The position numbers were made by a program, and so were the translations under genes. 63,992 bases of DNA from Thermoproteales archaeon (GTDB taxonomy: Archaea; Thermoproteota; Thermoprotei; Thermofilales; B69-G16). Below, piece by piece: positions 8,399 to 17,540 of this stretch (its first letter is position 1; each line of letters starts with the position of its first letter). The DNA is taken from positions 1 through 63,992 of the forward strand of contig JAGGZW010000058.1 of NCBI GenBank assembly GCA_021161825.1, read 5' to 3'. A model generated the notes under the pieces. It was not told the DNA's origin. It did not search any database and worked only from the letters and a program-made list of their open reading frames with translations.

Positions 8399-9670
8399 TT
8401 GAAACTGATATATTTAGTTATAGATGGAGCGCCAGATAAAGTGAAAGATAAAACCTCTCTGTCTACAGCAGATACGCCAGCATTAGATTATTTGGCGTCT
8501 ATTTCAAAATGCGGCTTAATGTACACGATCTCGGAGGGGATAGCCCCAGAAAGCGATGCAGCTGTTTTTTCAATATTAGGCTACGATCCTGAAAAATCCT
8601 ATACAGGTAGGGGGCCTATAGAAGCATTAGGAGCAGGTCTAAGCTTTAAACAAGGTTATGAGGTAGCCTTTAGAGCAAATTTTGCAACTGTAAAAGATGA
8701 AACTTTAGAACTGCTAGATAGAAGATGTGGAAGAGATCTAAAAACAGAAGAAGCTATGGAATTAGCCAAAGCAGTCGATAACATGGATTTAGAAAAATTC
8801 GACGGCTACGCGCGCGTGACGGCAACTGTTGGACATAGAGCAGTCGTTATCATAGGAAGTAAAAGTTACAAGTTGTCGGGAAACGTTTCCAATACCGATC
8901 CCGCATACGAGAAGAAAGGCTATATTTCAATAGCTCTCAAAAATTTTGAAATGAAAGTAAGCAAGTGTAAACCTTTAGACGATACTAAAGAAGCCGCTAT
9001 TACGGCCGAGCTTGCCAACATTTTCACAGAGAAATCGTTTAAAATCCTAGATTCCCACCCTGTAAACTTAGCTCGTGAAAAAATGGGTAAACTAAAAGCT
9101 AACGTTATTCTGTTAAGAGATTCAGGAGATAAACTGCCAGCAGTAGAGCCCATAAAAGAAAAATTTGGCCTATCCTTTTCCGCCATCGCCGAAATGCCAG
9201 TCGAGAAGGGTATAGCTAGGCTACTGAAAATGGAAGTAGCAGAAGTTCCACCTCCAACCAAAGATAAAGAAAAGGATTACAAACAAAGATTGGAGGCCAC
9301 GTTAGAACTACTTAAAAAATTCGATGTTGCATATGTTCACTTGAAGGGGCCTGACGAGCCGGGACATGACGGTGATTTTGAAGGTAAGGTAAAAGCTATA
9401 GAGTTAATAGATCGTTACTATGTGTCGAAGCTACTAGACGTTATAGACTTGGAATCGACAGCTATCATAGTAACTTCCGACCATGCGACACCTTGGACCC
9501 TAAAAGCTCACAGCGACGACCCCGTTCCGGTTTTATTCTATAAGCCCGGGATTAAAAGCGATGGCATAAAAAGATTCTGTGAAAAAGCTTGCGCCAAAGG
9601 ATCACTTGGCATATTTGAACATGGCTGGCAGCTTTTACCATTTGTAGTTTCTGAGCTTAAGAAAGCTTGA
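8399..9670 (+). CDS. apgM: 2,3-bisphosphoglycerate-independent phosphoglycerate mutase, archaeal type
   Basis: Alkaline-phosphatase-superfamily motifs LVIDGAPD, HLKGPDEPGHDGD and TSDHATP. 423 aa. TTG start preceded by GGTGA. Confidence 0.85.
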   Translation: MKLIYLVIDGAPDKVKDKTSLSTADTPALDYLASISKCGLMYTISEGIAPESDAAVFSILGYDPEKSYTGRGPIEALGAGLSFKQGYEVAFRANFATVKDETLELLDRRCGRDLKTEEAMELAKAVDNMDLEKFDGYARVTATVGHRAVVIIGSKSYKLSGNVSNTDPAYEKKGYISIALKNFEMKVSKCKPLDDTKEAAITAELANIFTEKSFKILDSHPVNLAREKMGKLKANVILLRDSGDKLPAVEPIKEKFGLSFSAIAEMPVEKGIARLLKMEVAEVPPPTKDKEKDYKQRLEATLELLKKFDVAYVHLKGPDEPGHDGDFEGKVKAIELIDRYYVSKLLDVIDLESTAIIVTSDHATPWTLKAHSDDPVPVLFYKPGIKSDGIKRFCEKACAKGSLGIFEHGWQLLPFVVSELKKA

Positions 9671-9713
9671 AAATCTAAAATAAGTCTCTTTCCCTATTTT
9701 ATAATTTGAGACG

Positions 9714-10640
9714 ATGGAAAATCTAGCTTATGCAATGGAATATGTACAAAAAATTGATTCCGATAAAAGTTTCTTCCTACGCATAGGAATAGCCGAAGTA
9801 GACCATCTGAAACCTCACGAAGAGAGCGTGCCAGAATCCCTTGAAAAACTTTTGCAAGCAATAAAAGAAAGCAGGTTTCTAAAAAATCCCATAATAGTAG
9901 ATTTTAAAAGCGATGTAATTCTCGACGGTATGCACCGATGGTATGTATTTAAGAAATTGGGCTATAATTACATTGGCGTATGCTACGTCGACTATAAAAG
10001 CCCCTTAATTAAGCTTGGAAGATGGTTTAGATTTTTTAAAGGCAATGCGGCGCATTACTCTATAACTAAATGGCTCGAGAATTTTCTTGAGGAAAACTCT
10101 ATACCTATAGAATGGATTGATAGAAACTCGTTAAACAACCTAGATGTTACAAATACTGCCATTGTTTTAATAAAAAACATCGACGATGTCTTAGCAATAA
10201 AAGTAAATCATAGGAAAAAACACGAATTCTATCACATACTAAAGAGTATGTGCACAGGCTTAAAAAACAACTTTGGATTAACATTATACTACAAGCCGGA
10301 TGTAAGCTTTGCAAAACTCCCGGAACTTCTAGACACGTATTCTCTTATTTTGGCAACACCGGTAGTGGAAAAAGAGGAAGTTTTGAAGGTAGCGTTGAGC
10401 GGCAAGGTCTTTCCTCCAAAAACGACACGGCACGAGATTCCAGCTAGGCCGATGTTTGTCAATTTTCCTATAAACTTGCTAAAATCTTCTACTGTTGGAG
10501 ACTTGTATACCGTGAATAGGTATTTTAGAAACCTACTTAGACACAAAAATATAATACACTTACGTCCAGGATTAGAACTCGATAGAGAATATAGGGAAGA
10601 TATTATATTATTTTGGGATACAAGAGTTGGAGTACCATGA
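9714..10640 (+). CDS. ParB/Srx-fold domain protein (possibly a SerK/SbnI-like kinase)
   Basis: N-terminal LKPHEE ... NPIIVDFKSDVILDGMHRWYVFKKLGY matches the ParB/sulfiredoxin DGxHR motif layout. C-terminal 190 aa unassigned. Stop overlaps the next gene's ATG. Confidence 0.55.
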   Translation: MENLAYAMEYVQKIDSDKSFFLRIGIAEVDHLKPHEESVPESLEKLLQAIKESRFLKNPIIVDFKSDVILDGMHRWYVFKKLGYNYIGVCYVDYKSPLIKLGRWFRFFKGNAAHYSITKWLENFLEENSIPIEWIDRNSLNNLDVTNTAIVLIKNIDDVLAIKVNHRKKHEFYHILKSMCTGLKNNFGLTLYYKPDVSFAKLPELLDTYSLILATPVVEKEEVLKVALSGKVFPPKTTRHEIPARPMFVNFPINLLKSSTVGDLYTVNRYFRNLLRHKNIIHLRPGLELDREYREDIILFWDTRVGVP

Positions 10641-12349
10641 GTGGAGAATTAAAAGATTTCCTATACGTTTTCCAGATCGAACAAGTTTACAATGAACTAG
10701 AACTAAATCATATACTCAAAGATAAAATGCCAAACATTGAAGAAAAACTTTCAAAATCAGGTATTTATCTACTGGACTGGAATTTCGATGACGAACTTAA
10801 ATACCTATTTATTATAGTGAGATGCTATGGGGAAAAGCGTGAAGATGCCGGTTCGCTTCTTGAAAACGCTTTAAAAGACTCCATAGAAAATGTTAAAATT
10901 AGGAAAAAAAGTGGAGTGCTCGAAACTAGACGCATCGCATTCAGCGATAGGAGAAAGTTGTTAGCTATGCTTATGCTAAATCTTGTAAAAGAACATTATA
11001 GGGAGCTTATAGGATATCTTGTAGAAAATAGGATAGATATTTCCTGGATTTCAGAATGTTATAATCCCAGACTTGCATTTTCTCTTCTCTTTCTATGCCA
11101 CTTAAGCGAAGGATTTTCAGAAGACCTTTCAGAACTCTATTTACTTCACTATCCAATTTTCTTAAATGAATACAGTTTTCACGACACCTTACAATGCATC
11201 AACGCGCTAACACGTAGAAACCTGCTATCGCAAAATAAAAAGAGAATAACATTATCTAATACTGGTCTGGAAATCGTTCAAAGCATCTATAGATTTTTAG
11301 AAAGCAAATATTCCGAAGCTAGTAGCACACTACTTTCTATTTTTCAAACATTTCAGGATATCAATTCCTCTTTAGAAAAAATAATAAAGCGAGATGGAAC
11401 ATTCGAGGATTTTAGACTGGAAAAGATAATAGCCTCAACTTTAAAATGCGGTGTTCGAGAAGACGTGGTTTTTGGCATTCTAAACGATTTAATTGTAATT
11501 TTTAAGCTGATGGGAAACCTGAGCAGGGCAGATGTAGTTGAAGCTGTGAAGTTTTCATTAGATAAGATAGATGGAAGTAGAGAATATTCTTCTAAGTTCG
11601 AATTTTACGTCAATACATTTAACTATGTTGTGTTGCTTAACGAAAAAGGACGTTTTGAGCCTTTCACAGTACCTTTTATTAAAAAAATGATACGAGATAG
11701 GTGGTTCAAAAACACAAGTTTCAGAATAAGCGATAGAATAGTTGATAACATAGCATCTAAAACATTCGAAAACATACGTTTCATCTATTCTTCGATTTCA
11801 CCCTTTATTCCTTTAACAGGTGAAAACAAAGTGCTTGCTGAAGTTCAAACAAGTTTCGTTGAGAAAATTATTGAAAAAGAGCTAGAGCTTCAGCTACCAT
11901 ATTTTTATAGGATATTAAAAAGTCAAAATCCTTTGAAAGAAGCAGAAAAAGTTATACATGAACTGGTTGCCAGAAGCGAGCTTGATTTTAGTAAAGTATT
12001 AGAAGAGGAAAGATTGTCAGCCATGGTTGAATTATTCAACATAGGAGCTTACAATCTCGTAACGGCACTAATGATCTTTCTCAATCTAGTACCCAGCATA
12101 TCTCATATATCAAACTGCACGATATTAAAATCTTCAATAAAGGAGCTGAGAAAAACAGGTTTAAAAATGGAGGCTGTTCTTGATCGGTCGCTGCTGAACA
12201 GAATCAATGCTTTTGCAAGAGCCTCTCTTAAAATCTTTTACCTGGATACTAGCCTAGAAGCAAAAAATGCAGAGAAAATAGCTGATTACGTAAAGGCTAA
12301 CGCTAGATTAGGCTTAAAAATATGCAAATTTTTAATCTCTCGTGATTAA
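10613..12349 (+). CDS. large hypothetical protein with winged-helix-like segment and central ATP-cone domain
   Basis: ATP-cone signature KIIKRDGTFEDFRLEKIIASTLKCGV...ADVVEAVKFSL (about nt 11378-11650). Probable true start is ATG 10637 (MSGELKD), overlapping the upstream stop as ATGA. Confidence 0.6.
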   Translation: MGYKSWSTMSGELKDFLYVFQIEQVYNELELNHILKDKMPNIEEKLSKSGIYLLDWNFDDELKYLFIIVRCYGEKREDAGSLLENALKDSIENVKIRKKSGVLETRRIAFSDRRKLLAMLMLNLVKEHYRELIGYLVENRIDISWISECYNPRLAFSLLFLCHLSEGFSEDLSELYLLHYPIFLNEYSFHDTLQCINALTRRNLLSQNKKRITLSNTGLEIVQSIYRFLESKYSEASSTLLSIFQTFQDINSSLEKIIKRDGTFEDFRLEKIIASTLKCGVREDVVFGILNDLIVIFKLMGNLSRADVVEAVKFSLDKIDGSREYSSKFEFYVNTFNYVVLLNEKGRFEPFTVPFIKKMIRDRWFKNTSFRISDRIVDNIASKTFENIRFIYSSISPFIPLTGENKVLAEVQTSFVEKIIEKELELQLPYFYRILKSQNPLKEAEKVIHELVARSELDFSKVLEEERLSAMVELFNIGAYNLVTALMIFLNLVPSISHISNCTILKSSIKELRKTGLKMEAVLDRSLLNRINAFARASLKIFYLDTSLEAKNAEKIADYVKANARLGLKICKFLISRD

Positions 12350-13193
12350 AATGACGGAAATTCCGCCAGCTCCCTCGTATTATGAAAAGCCAGAAGAAAA
12401 AAGCTTGCTAATGAAGATTATATTCCTACTCTTATCCCTCGCTTTAATTGTTATTTCCTCCATCATCATCTTCAGTTTTGACTGGTTAACCAATTTTGGC
12501 ATTTACCTACTATCTTTTGTAGGGCCTTTACTCTACTTACAATTTATTTGGAGAAAGGACAAATATGAACCCGAGCCATTATATTATGTAGCTGAGGCTC
12601 TAGCTTTAGGAGCCTTAGCGGCTATACCAGCAGTAATTACAAACATTGTATTTGCTGTGATAGCGAACTTTCTCTTTGGATTAGGTAATTTTCTATCTGC
12701 TGTAGTTTCGGCTCCTTTTTTTGAAGAACTGTACAAGGGAATTCCCTTACTATTTCTCGTCAAAAGCAAAGAATTTAACAACGAAACAGATGGAGTAGTG
12801 TATGGTTTTGCTATAGGAATGGGATTTGCTTCCTTAGAAAATTTTGGATATTCATTTTATGTTTACGAGCAAAGCATTATTTTGATTCTCTTAAGAATCT
12901 TCCTTTTCTCCTTTGGACACGGCGTTTACACAGCTTTTACAGGCTACTATCTAGGATATTCTAAAACAATATACGATGAAGCAAACATTTGGTGGATAGT
13001 AAAGGGCTTAAAATACGCAATATGTTTCCATTTCTTATACAATTTCTTAATTTCAATAATTGGAGGCATTTTCGGTATAATAGTGGGACTCATAATAGAT
13101 AGTTCTGCCTTCTTCATACTCCTCCTACTCTTAAAAAAAGCTTTGAGAAGAGAAGTTAAATGGGGATACGCTGACGGTAGAGCTCCGGTCTAA
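12342..13193 (+). CDS. PrsW-family intramembrane metalloprotease
   Basis: Polytopic membrane protein with PrsW motifs FFEELYKG (EExxK), FSFGHGVYTAFTG and CFHFLYNF. Probable start ATG 12351, 1 nt after the upstream stop. Confidence 0.75.
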   Translation: MIKMTEIPPAPSYYEKPEEKSLLMKIIFLLLSLALIVISSIIIFSFDWLTNFGIYLLSFVGPLLYLQFIWRKDKYEPEPLYYVAEALALGALAAIPAVITNIVFAVIANFLFGLGNFLSAVVSAPFFEELYKGIPLLFLVKSKEFNNETDGVVYGFAIGMGFASLENFGYSFYVYEQSIILILLRIFLFSFGHGVYTAFTGYYLGYSKTIYDEANIWWIVKGLKYAICFHFLYNFLISIIGGIFGIIVGLIIDSSAFFILLLLLKKALRREVKWGYADGRAPV

Positions 13194-13240
13194 CCGCTTC
13201 ATTTATTAATCCTTAAAAATTTTATTAACGATGATTAATT

Positions 13241-13699
13241 ATGCCGATAAAATGGGATTTATCGAAACTTATAGATAAAAAGTATCGAGACCTACCCCTT
13301 GAGGAAATACTTAAAGCCCCCGTTCACGCCATAAAAGGAGTTTCGGAGAAAGATGCTGAGCTTCTCAAGAAAGCCCTAGGTATAAAAACTGTGAAAGATC
13401 TTGCAGAGAGCAAATACGTTGCTATAGCTCAAGCAATAACGATGATCTCCGAGTTCTGGGAAAAAGCTCTAGATAAAGAATTTGAAGCTAAAAGTCCTAA
13501 AGAATTGGTTGATGCTCCAGTTCACGCATTGAGCGGAGTAACTGAGGAAGACGAGAAATTGCTCACTGAAGCTTTAAACATTAAAACTATAAGAGATTTA
13601 GCAACAAACAAGTTTGTATTTATAGCTCAAGTGCTTAGAGGCCTTGCCAATTTAGAGAAAATTTTAGAGGAAATGGCTAAGGAAGAAGCGAAAGAATAG
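13241..13699 (+). CDS. hypothetical protein with tandem duplicated helix-hairpin-helix-like module
   Basis: Two copies: APVHAIKGVSEKDAELLKKALGIKTVKDLAESKYVAIAQ and APVHALSGVTEEDEKLLTEALNIKTIRDLATNKFVFIAQ. Confidence 0.6.
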   Translation: MPIKWDLSKLIDKKYRDLPLEEILKAPVHAIKGVSEKDAELLKKALGIKTVKDLAESKYVAIAQAITMISEFWEKALDKEFEAKSPKELVDAPVHALSGVTEEDEKLLTEALNIKTIRDLATNKFVFIAQVLRGLANLEKILEEMAKEEAKE

Positions 13700-13916
13700 T
13701 TGGGAATTTAACTTAAATTAGTTTATATTTATTTTTATTGAAATTTTTAGTTTAATGATTTAGGGGCTTATACTTCAATTTCTATCTCATAGTAGACAAT
13801 TCTCATCTAGAAGCCTCGCTACTCCGCTGATTTATCCTATAAAATCTACTACTTTAATTTCCTTTACAGTTTGGAAAATAATAGGGGATAAAAGAAGATT
13901 ATAAAGAGCTTCTTGG

Positions 13917-14474
13917 TTAACCTTCTTTCTTATATCTTTCAATAGCCTCTTTTATCCTCTTTCTAGCAATTTCTGCGCCATTCCATCCTTCTATTTTCAC
14001 CCATTTTCCAGGCTCTAATTCCTTGTAATGCTCAAAGAAATGGCTGATTTTTTCTCTTACTGCTTCCGGAACTTGACTAATATCGTCTATGCCTTTATAT
14101 TTCGGATCTATATCTTCCACGGGCACGGCTACGATCTTGCTATCAACCCCCTTCTCGTCTCTAGTGTTTAAAACTCCTATAGGCTTGGCTTTTATTACAC
14201 TGCCAGGAAACACTGGCTGCTCCCCTAAAACTAGAACATCTACTGGATCCCCGTCTTCCTCAAGGGTTTTAGGGATAAAACCGTAGTTAAATGGGTATAC
14301 CATGGAAGTGAAAAGTATTCTATCTACAAATAGCGCGCCAGTCTCTTTATCTAGTTCGTACTTTACGTTGCTGCCTAAAGGAATCTCTATTAGAACATTA
14401 ACTTCTTTTGGAGCTTTCTTGCCCGGACCTAACTTATTCAAGTCCATTTTTTCACCACGCATGAACCTGTCCAT
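13917..14474 (-). CDS. ppa: inorganic pyrophosphatase (family I)
   Basis: [26 protein letters not shown] and AVPVEDIDP motifs. Likely true start is ATG 14447 (MDLNKL), preceded by GGTGA. Confidence 0.9.
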   Translation of the reverse strand: MDRFMRGEKMDLNKLGPGKKAPKEVNVLIEIPLGSNVKYELDKETGALFVDRILFTSMVYPFNYGFIPKTLEEDGDPVDVLVLGEQPVFPGSVIKAKPIGVLNTRDEKGVDSKIVAVPVEDIDPKYKGIDDISQVPEAVREKISHFFEHYKELEPGKWVKIEGWNGAEIARKRIKEAIERYKKEG

Positions 14475-14674
14475 AAAATTTTATCAAAGCATCTTATAAT
14501 CTTTTACTAACCACTTTCAGAATAGTATTAAAACCGGTAGCTCAACCTAATAACCTAATCTCAAATACTGGATTATTTTAGTTAAAGCATATGATATTGG
14601 TAAAAATAATTTACTTTTTCAACTAAATTTTACGCTTTAAAAGGTAGAAAATACAGCGCATTTAAATAACTGGA

Positions 14675-15079
14675 ATGCTATATTATTATAATATTAAATT
14701 CACTTTAACATTTTTGAGTGGAAAAATAATGATAGAGCATATCCTAAAGAAATTAAATGAAAAAGGTTGGAGCATTGTAGAATCTCCACGTTTTAAAGGC
14801 ATTTCGGGCCTGTATCATAACTATAAATACATTATTATTTCTTCTAAAAAACGTAAAATAGCAATAGAAGAGCTAACAGTATTTGATTCTTGTGAATTCT
14901 TAAAATGCATGGGTAAGTCGATAGATACTCGAATCCCAGTTATAGCTATCTGCGAAAAAATGGTTAAAGATCCCATTCACGTGCCAGAAGTTCCATATAT
15001 TAAAGTAGTTTTGAAATCAGATGTAAGCTCATTGGAATACATAGTCGAGGAATTAGCTAGCGAACGTTTCGAATGGTAA
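14675..15079 (+). CDS. hypothetical protein
   Basis: 134-aa ORF. Likely start at the internal MIEHILKK. No motif recognised. Confidence 0.4.
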   Translation: MLYYYNIKFTLTFLSGKIMIEHILKKLNEKGWSIVESPRFKGISGLYHNYKYIIISSKKRKIAIEELTVFDSCEFLKCMGKSIDTRIPVIAICEKMVKDPIHVPEVPYIKVVLKSDVSSLEYIVEELASERFEW

Positions 15080-15135
15080 TATAAGTTTGCTGTGCTTAAA
15101 TAATATGCTGATACCGAGTTTTAAAGTCATAAGGT

Positions 15136-15645
15136 TTATCTGGGAGAGACGCCATATTTCCTAGCTAGCTGCTCAAGCTTCTCCATTTGCTCTTTTTTAA
15201 ATCCTAGGAATATACCTCCATACTTTCCTCCCACAAAAACCCATGACCTTGTACTTTCACCCAATGCTTCTGCAAGCTCTTTCGATTCGATAATAATCCT
15301 CCTAACAAGAATGTTGAGAGATTTAGAGTATATAGGATTTCGAAGATATATACAAACAGAGTCGTCATTTACTTTATAAAAACAGTATTGACTTTTCTTT
15401 GGCTTCACTATTTCGTTAAGTATTTTCTCTTCAATATCTACATGCGTTACTCTAGCCAGGCTATATCCTTTTACGTGTAAGTAAACGTCACATTCTATTG
15501 ATATGCATTTATTTCTGGAACAAAGCTTTATTTTAGCGTTTAAAGGTATTTTTCCCTCTCCTGGACCAGTCAAGATTTCACGCCTTAAAAATTTCTCATC
15601 TAATATTCTATAGTAAGTAATAAAAGCTATGTGGAAATTTAGCAT
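15136..15645 (-). CDS. hypothetical protein
   Basis: 169-aa ORF divergent from the 15659 gene. No motif recognised. Confidence 0.45.
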   Translation of the reverse strand: MLNFHIAFITYYRILDEKFLRREILTGPGEGKIPLNAKIKLCSRNKCISIECDVYLHVKGYSLARVTHVDIEEKILNEIVKPKKSQYCFYKVNDDSVCIYLRNPIYSKSLNILVRRIIIESKELAEALGESTRSWVFVGGKYGGIFLGFKKEQMEKLEQLARKYGVSPR

Positions 15646-15658
15646 TTGGTGACAATAC

Positions 15659-16093
15659 TTGGCTAAGGTTTATTTTGCCGCTGCAATACTAGGTGATAGA
15701 TCCAACTTGAGCGATGATAAAAGGATTATTTCCGGCTTGAAAAGCATGGGTTTTAAAGTTTTAACTTTTGACTGGATCGTCAGCGATTCTACCGATCTTG
15801 AAAGGGGCTTAACACCTCTAGAGATTTTTGAGAGAGATATGAAGCTTTTAGATAAATGCGATTTTGTGATTGCTGACGTTTCGTATCCCAGCTTGGGTGT
15901 TGGCTTTGAAATAGCCTATGCTCTGCTTATGAACAAGCTTGTCATAGCTTTTTGTAGAAAAGACCGTGTCGAAAAAACTTCTGCCCTTATACGCGGCATT
16001 TCTTGGAAAAATTTTAGGTTCATAGAATACGACACGGTAGAAAGCCTGCTAAATACTATAAAAGCCTTAACCAGTAGTTTTAAACCGTTTTAA
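15659..16093 (+). CDS. nucleoside 2-deoxyribosyltransferase-like / 2'-deoxynucleoside 5'-phosphate N-hydrolase (DNPH1/Rcl-like)
   Basis: VYFAAAILGDR N-terminus and ADVSYPSLGVGFEIAYA match the Rcl/NDT-family pattern. TTG start preceded by GGTGA. Confidence 0.65.
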   Translation: MAKVYFAAAILGDRSNLSDDKRIISGLKSMGFKVLTFDWIVSDSTDLERGLTPLEIFERDMKLLDKCDFVIADVSYPSLGVGFEIAYALLMNKLVIAFCRKDRVEKTSALIRGISWKNFRFIEYDTVESLLNTIKALTSSFKPF

Positions 16094-16657
16094 CGCTTCA
16101 AGAGCGTTCGGATAAGACTTGTACAATTCTGGGTTAAGCCTAGGTATCAAAGCCATTAAAAATGCTAAACGACTCAACTCCTCTCTAACAATGATGCCTC
16201 TAGTGAGAAAACCAACAGCGCCCATTTTATCTCCTATATTCTCCACACCCGTAATCTCGACCATAACTTCTTCAAGCTCAGACACCTTACCCGTCACGAC
16301 ATTGTTAACGGCTTTTTCCGGAAATTCAAAGCCTGGACTGAAGCCGATAGATAGTTTATATTCTCTATCGACTATAGCTGCTACTTGGAAATCAACATAG
16401 CCAGTAATTGTAGCTTGAACTGGAACTAGTCCAGCTTCAATACCTACTCCCCAATCCGCCTTTTCTACGGCTTTTAATCCTCTCTCTATCGCGCCAATTA
16501 ATATTTCCTCTAACCCTATTGGCTGTGGACCCACCGATGTATCGCATTCAACAGAAATTACTTTAGCTTGCAAGTTCACTTCTCGTAGAATCTTTTCAAC
16601 AGCCTTAACCTTTGCCGGGTTTCTACTTCCAACGGCTACACTTTTTGGATAGAACAT
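16067..16657 (-). CDS. inosine/xanthosine triphosphatase (YjjX/DUF84 family NTPase)
   Basis: VAVGSRNPAKVKAVEKI N-terminus, GIEAGL and GAVGFLTRG motifs typical of the non-canonical purine NTP phosphatase family. Confidence 0.7.
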   Translation of the reverse strand: MFYPKSVAVGSRNPAKVKAVEKILREVNLQAKVISVECDTSVGPQPIGLEEILIGAIERGLKAVEKADWGVGIEAGLVPVQATITGYVDFQVAAIVDREYKLSIGFSPGFEFPEKAVNNVVTGKVSELEEVMVEITGVENIGDKMGAVGFLTRGIIVREELSRLAFLMALIPRLNPELYKSYPNALEALKRFKTTG

Positions 16658-16706
16658 AGGTTAAAATTGCTTAAAATATTTATTATATTTTTACCATTTT
16701 ATTACC

Positions 16707-17540
16707 ATGCTCTCAAAGGGTAATATTCTTTTTATAAACGTGGACAGTGTCAGATTGAAAGTTTACGATTCAGCCCTTACCAAAAATTACGATGAGAGAA
16801 CCCCGCTAGTATTTTTGCATGGATCACCAGGCCAAATTAGCAATTGGAAATATCAGATAAAATATTTCGAACAATACTATAGGGTGATTGCTTACGATCA
16901 AAGAGGTTATGGAGAGTCGACTAAGCCAAAAAAAGTTTCTCTAAACGATTACTTAGATGATTTAACGAGAATATTAGAAAATAGAAATTTAGAAATTGAA
17001 GATGTAATACTTGTAGGCCATAGCTTTGGAGGGATGGTTGCCCAAGCCTATGCCGCAAAAAACAAAGTTAAAGGATTGGTATTAGTAGGCTCTCTCGTAA
17101 AGCTTAGACCGGATATAATCGATTGGATAGTTTGGTACCTACCCTCCATCTTTTGGAAGCGATTATTCTTCACAGAAAATTTCCTAACGCGCAAACTTTA
17201 CAGGCAAATCTTCTTCAGCGACTATGCACCAGATGAAATATACGAGGAATTTATAAGAGATAACGCAGACTACATAAGCTCTCTGCCAGGTCATGCTTTT
17301 AGATACCTGAAATATTTCAGAGATTACGATGCCACAGCTTTTCTGTCAGAAATAAAATCTCCAACCCTTATCATCGTCGGAGGACACGATAAAGTAGCTC
17401 CTCCCGACCAGAGCAAAAATATCCATGAAAAAATACCTGGCTCAGAGCTAGTAATTGTTGAAAAGGCAGGTCATTTTGTCCTTTATGAAAAAGAGGAAGA
17501 AATTAATAATCTAATACATAGTTTCATAAAATCTTTATGA
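16707..17540 (+). CDS. alpha/beta-fold hydrolase
   Basis: HGSPGQ oxyanion region, nucleophile elbow GHSFGG, C-terminal GHFVLYE histidine. Confidence 0.85.
   Translation: MLSKGNILFINVDSVRLKVYDSALTKNYDERTPLVFLHGSPGQISNWKYQIKYFEQYYRVIAYDQRGYGESTKPKKVSLNDYLDDLTRILENRNLEIEDVILVGHSFGGMVAQAYAAKNKVKGLVLVGSLVKLRPDIIDWIVWYLPSIFWKRLFFTENFLTRKLYRQIFFSDYAPDEIYEEFIRDNADYISSLPGHAFRYLKYFRDYDATAFLSEIKSPTLIIVGGHDKVAPPDQSKNIHEKIPGSELVIVEKAGHFVLYEKEEEINNLIHSFIKSL

Noticed and set aside
13753-13810. Weak C/D-box-like arrangement on the minus strand (UAGAUGA, 12 nt, AUGA, ..., UGAAGU, 12 nt, AUCA).
   Set aside because: The C box is degenerate and there is no CUGA D box or terminal stem. It does not meet the standard met by the 42021-42077 candidate.
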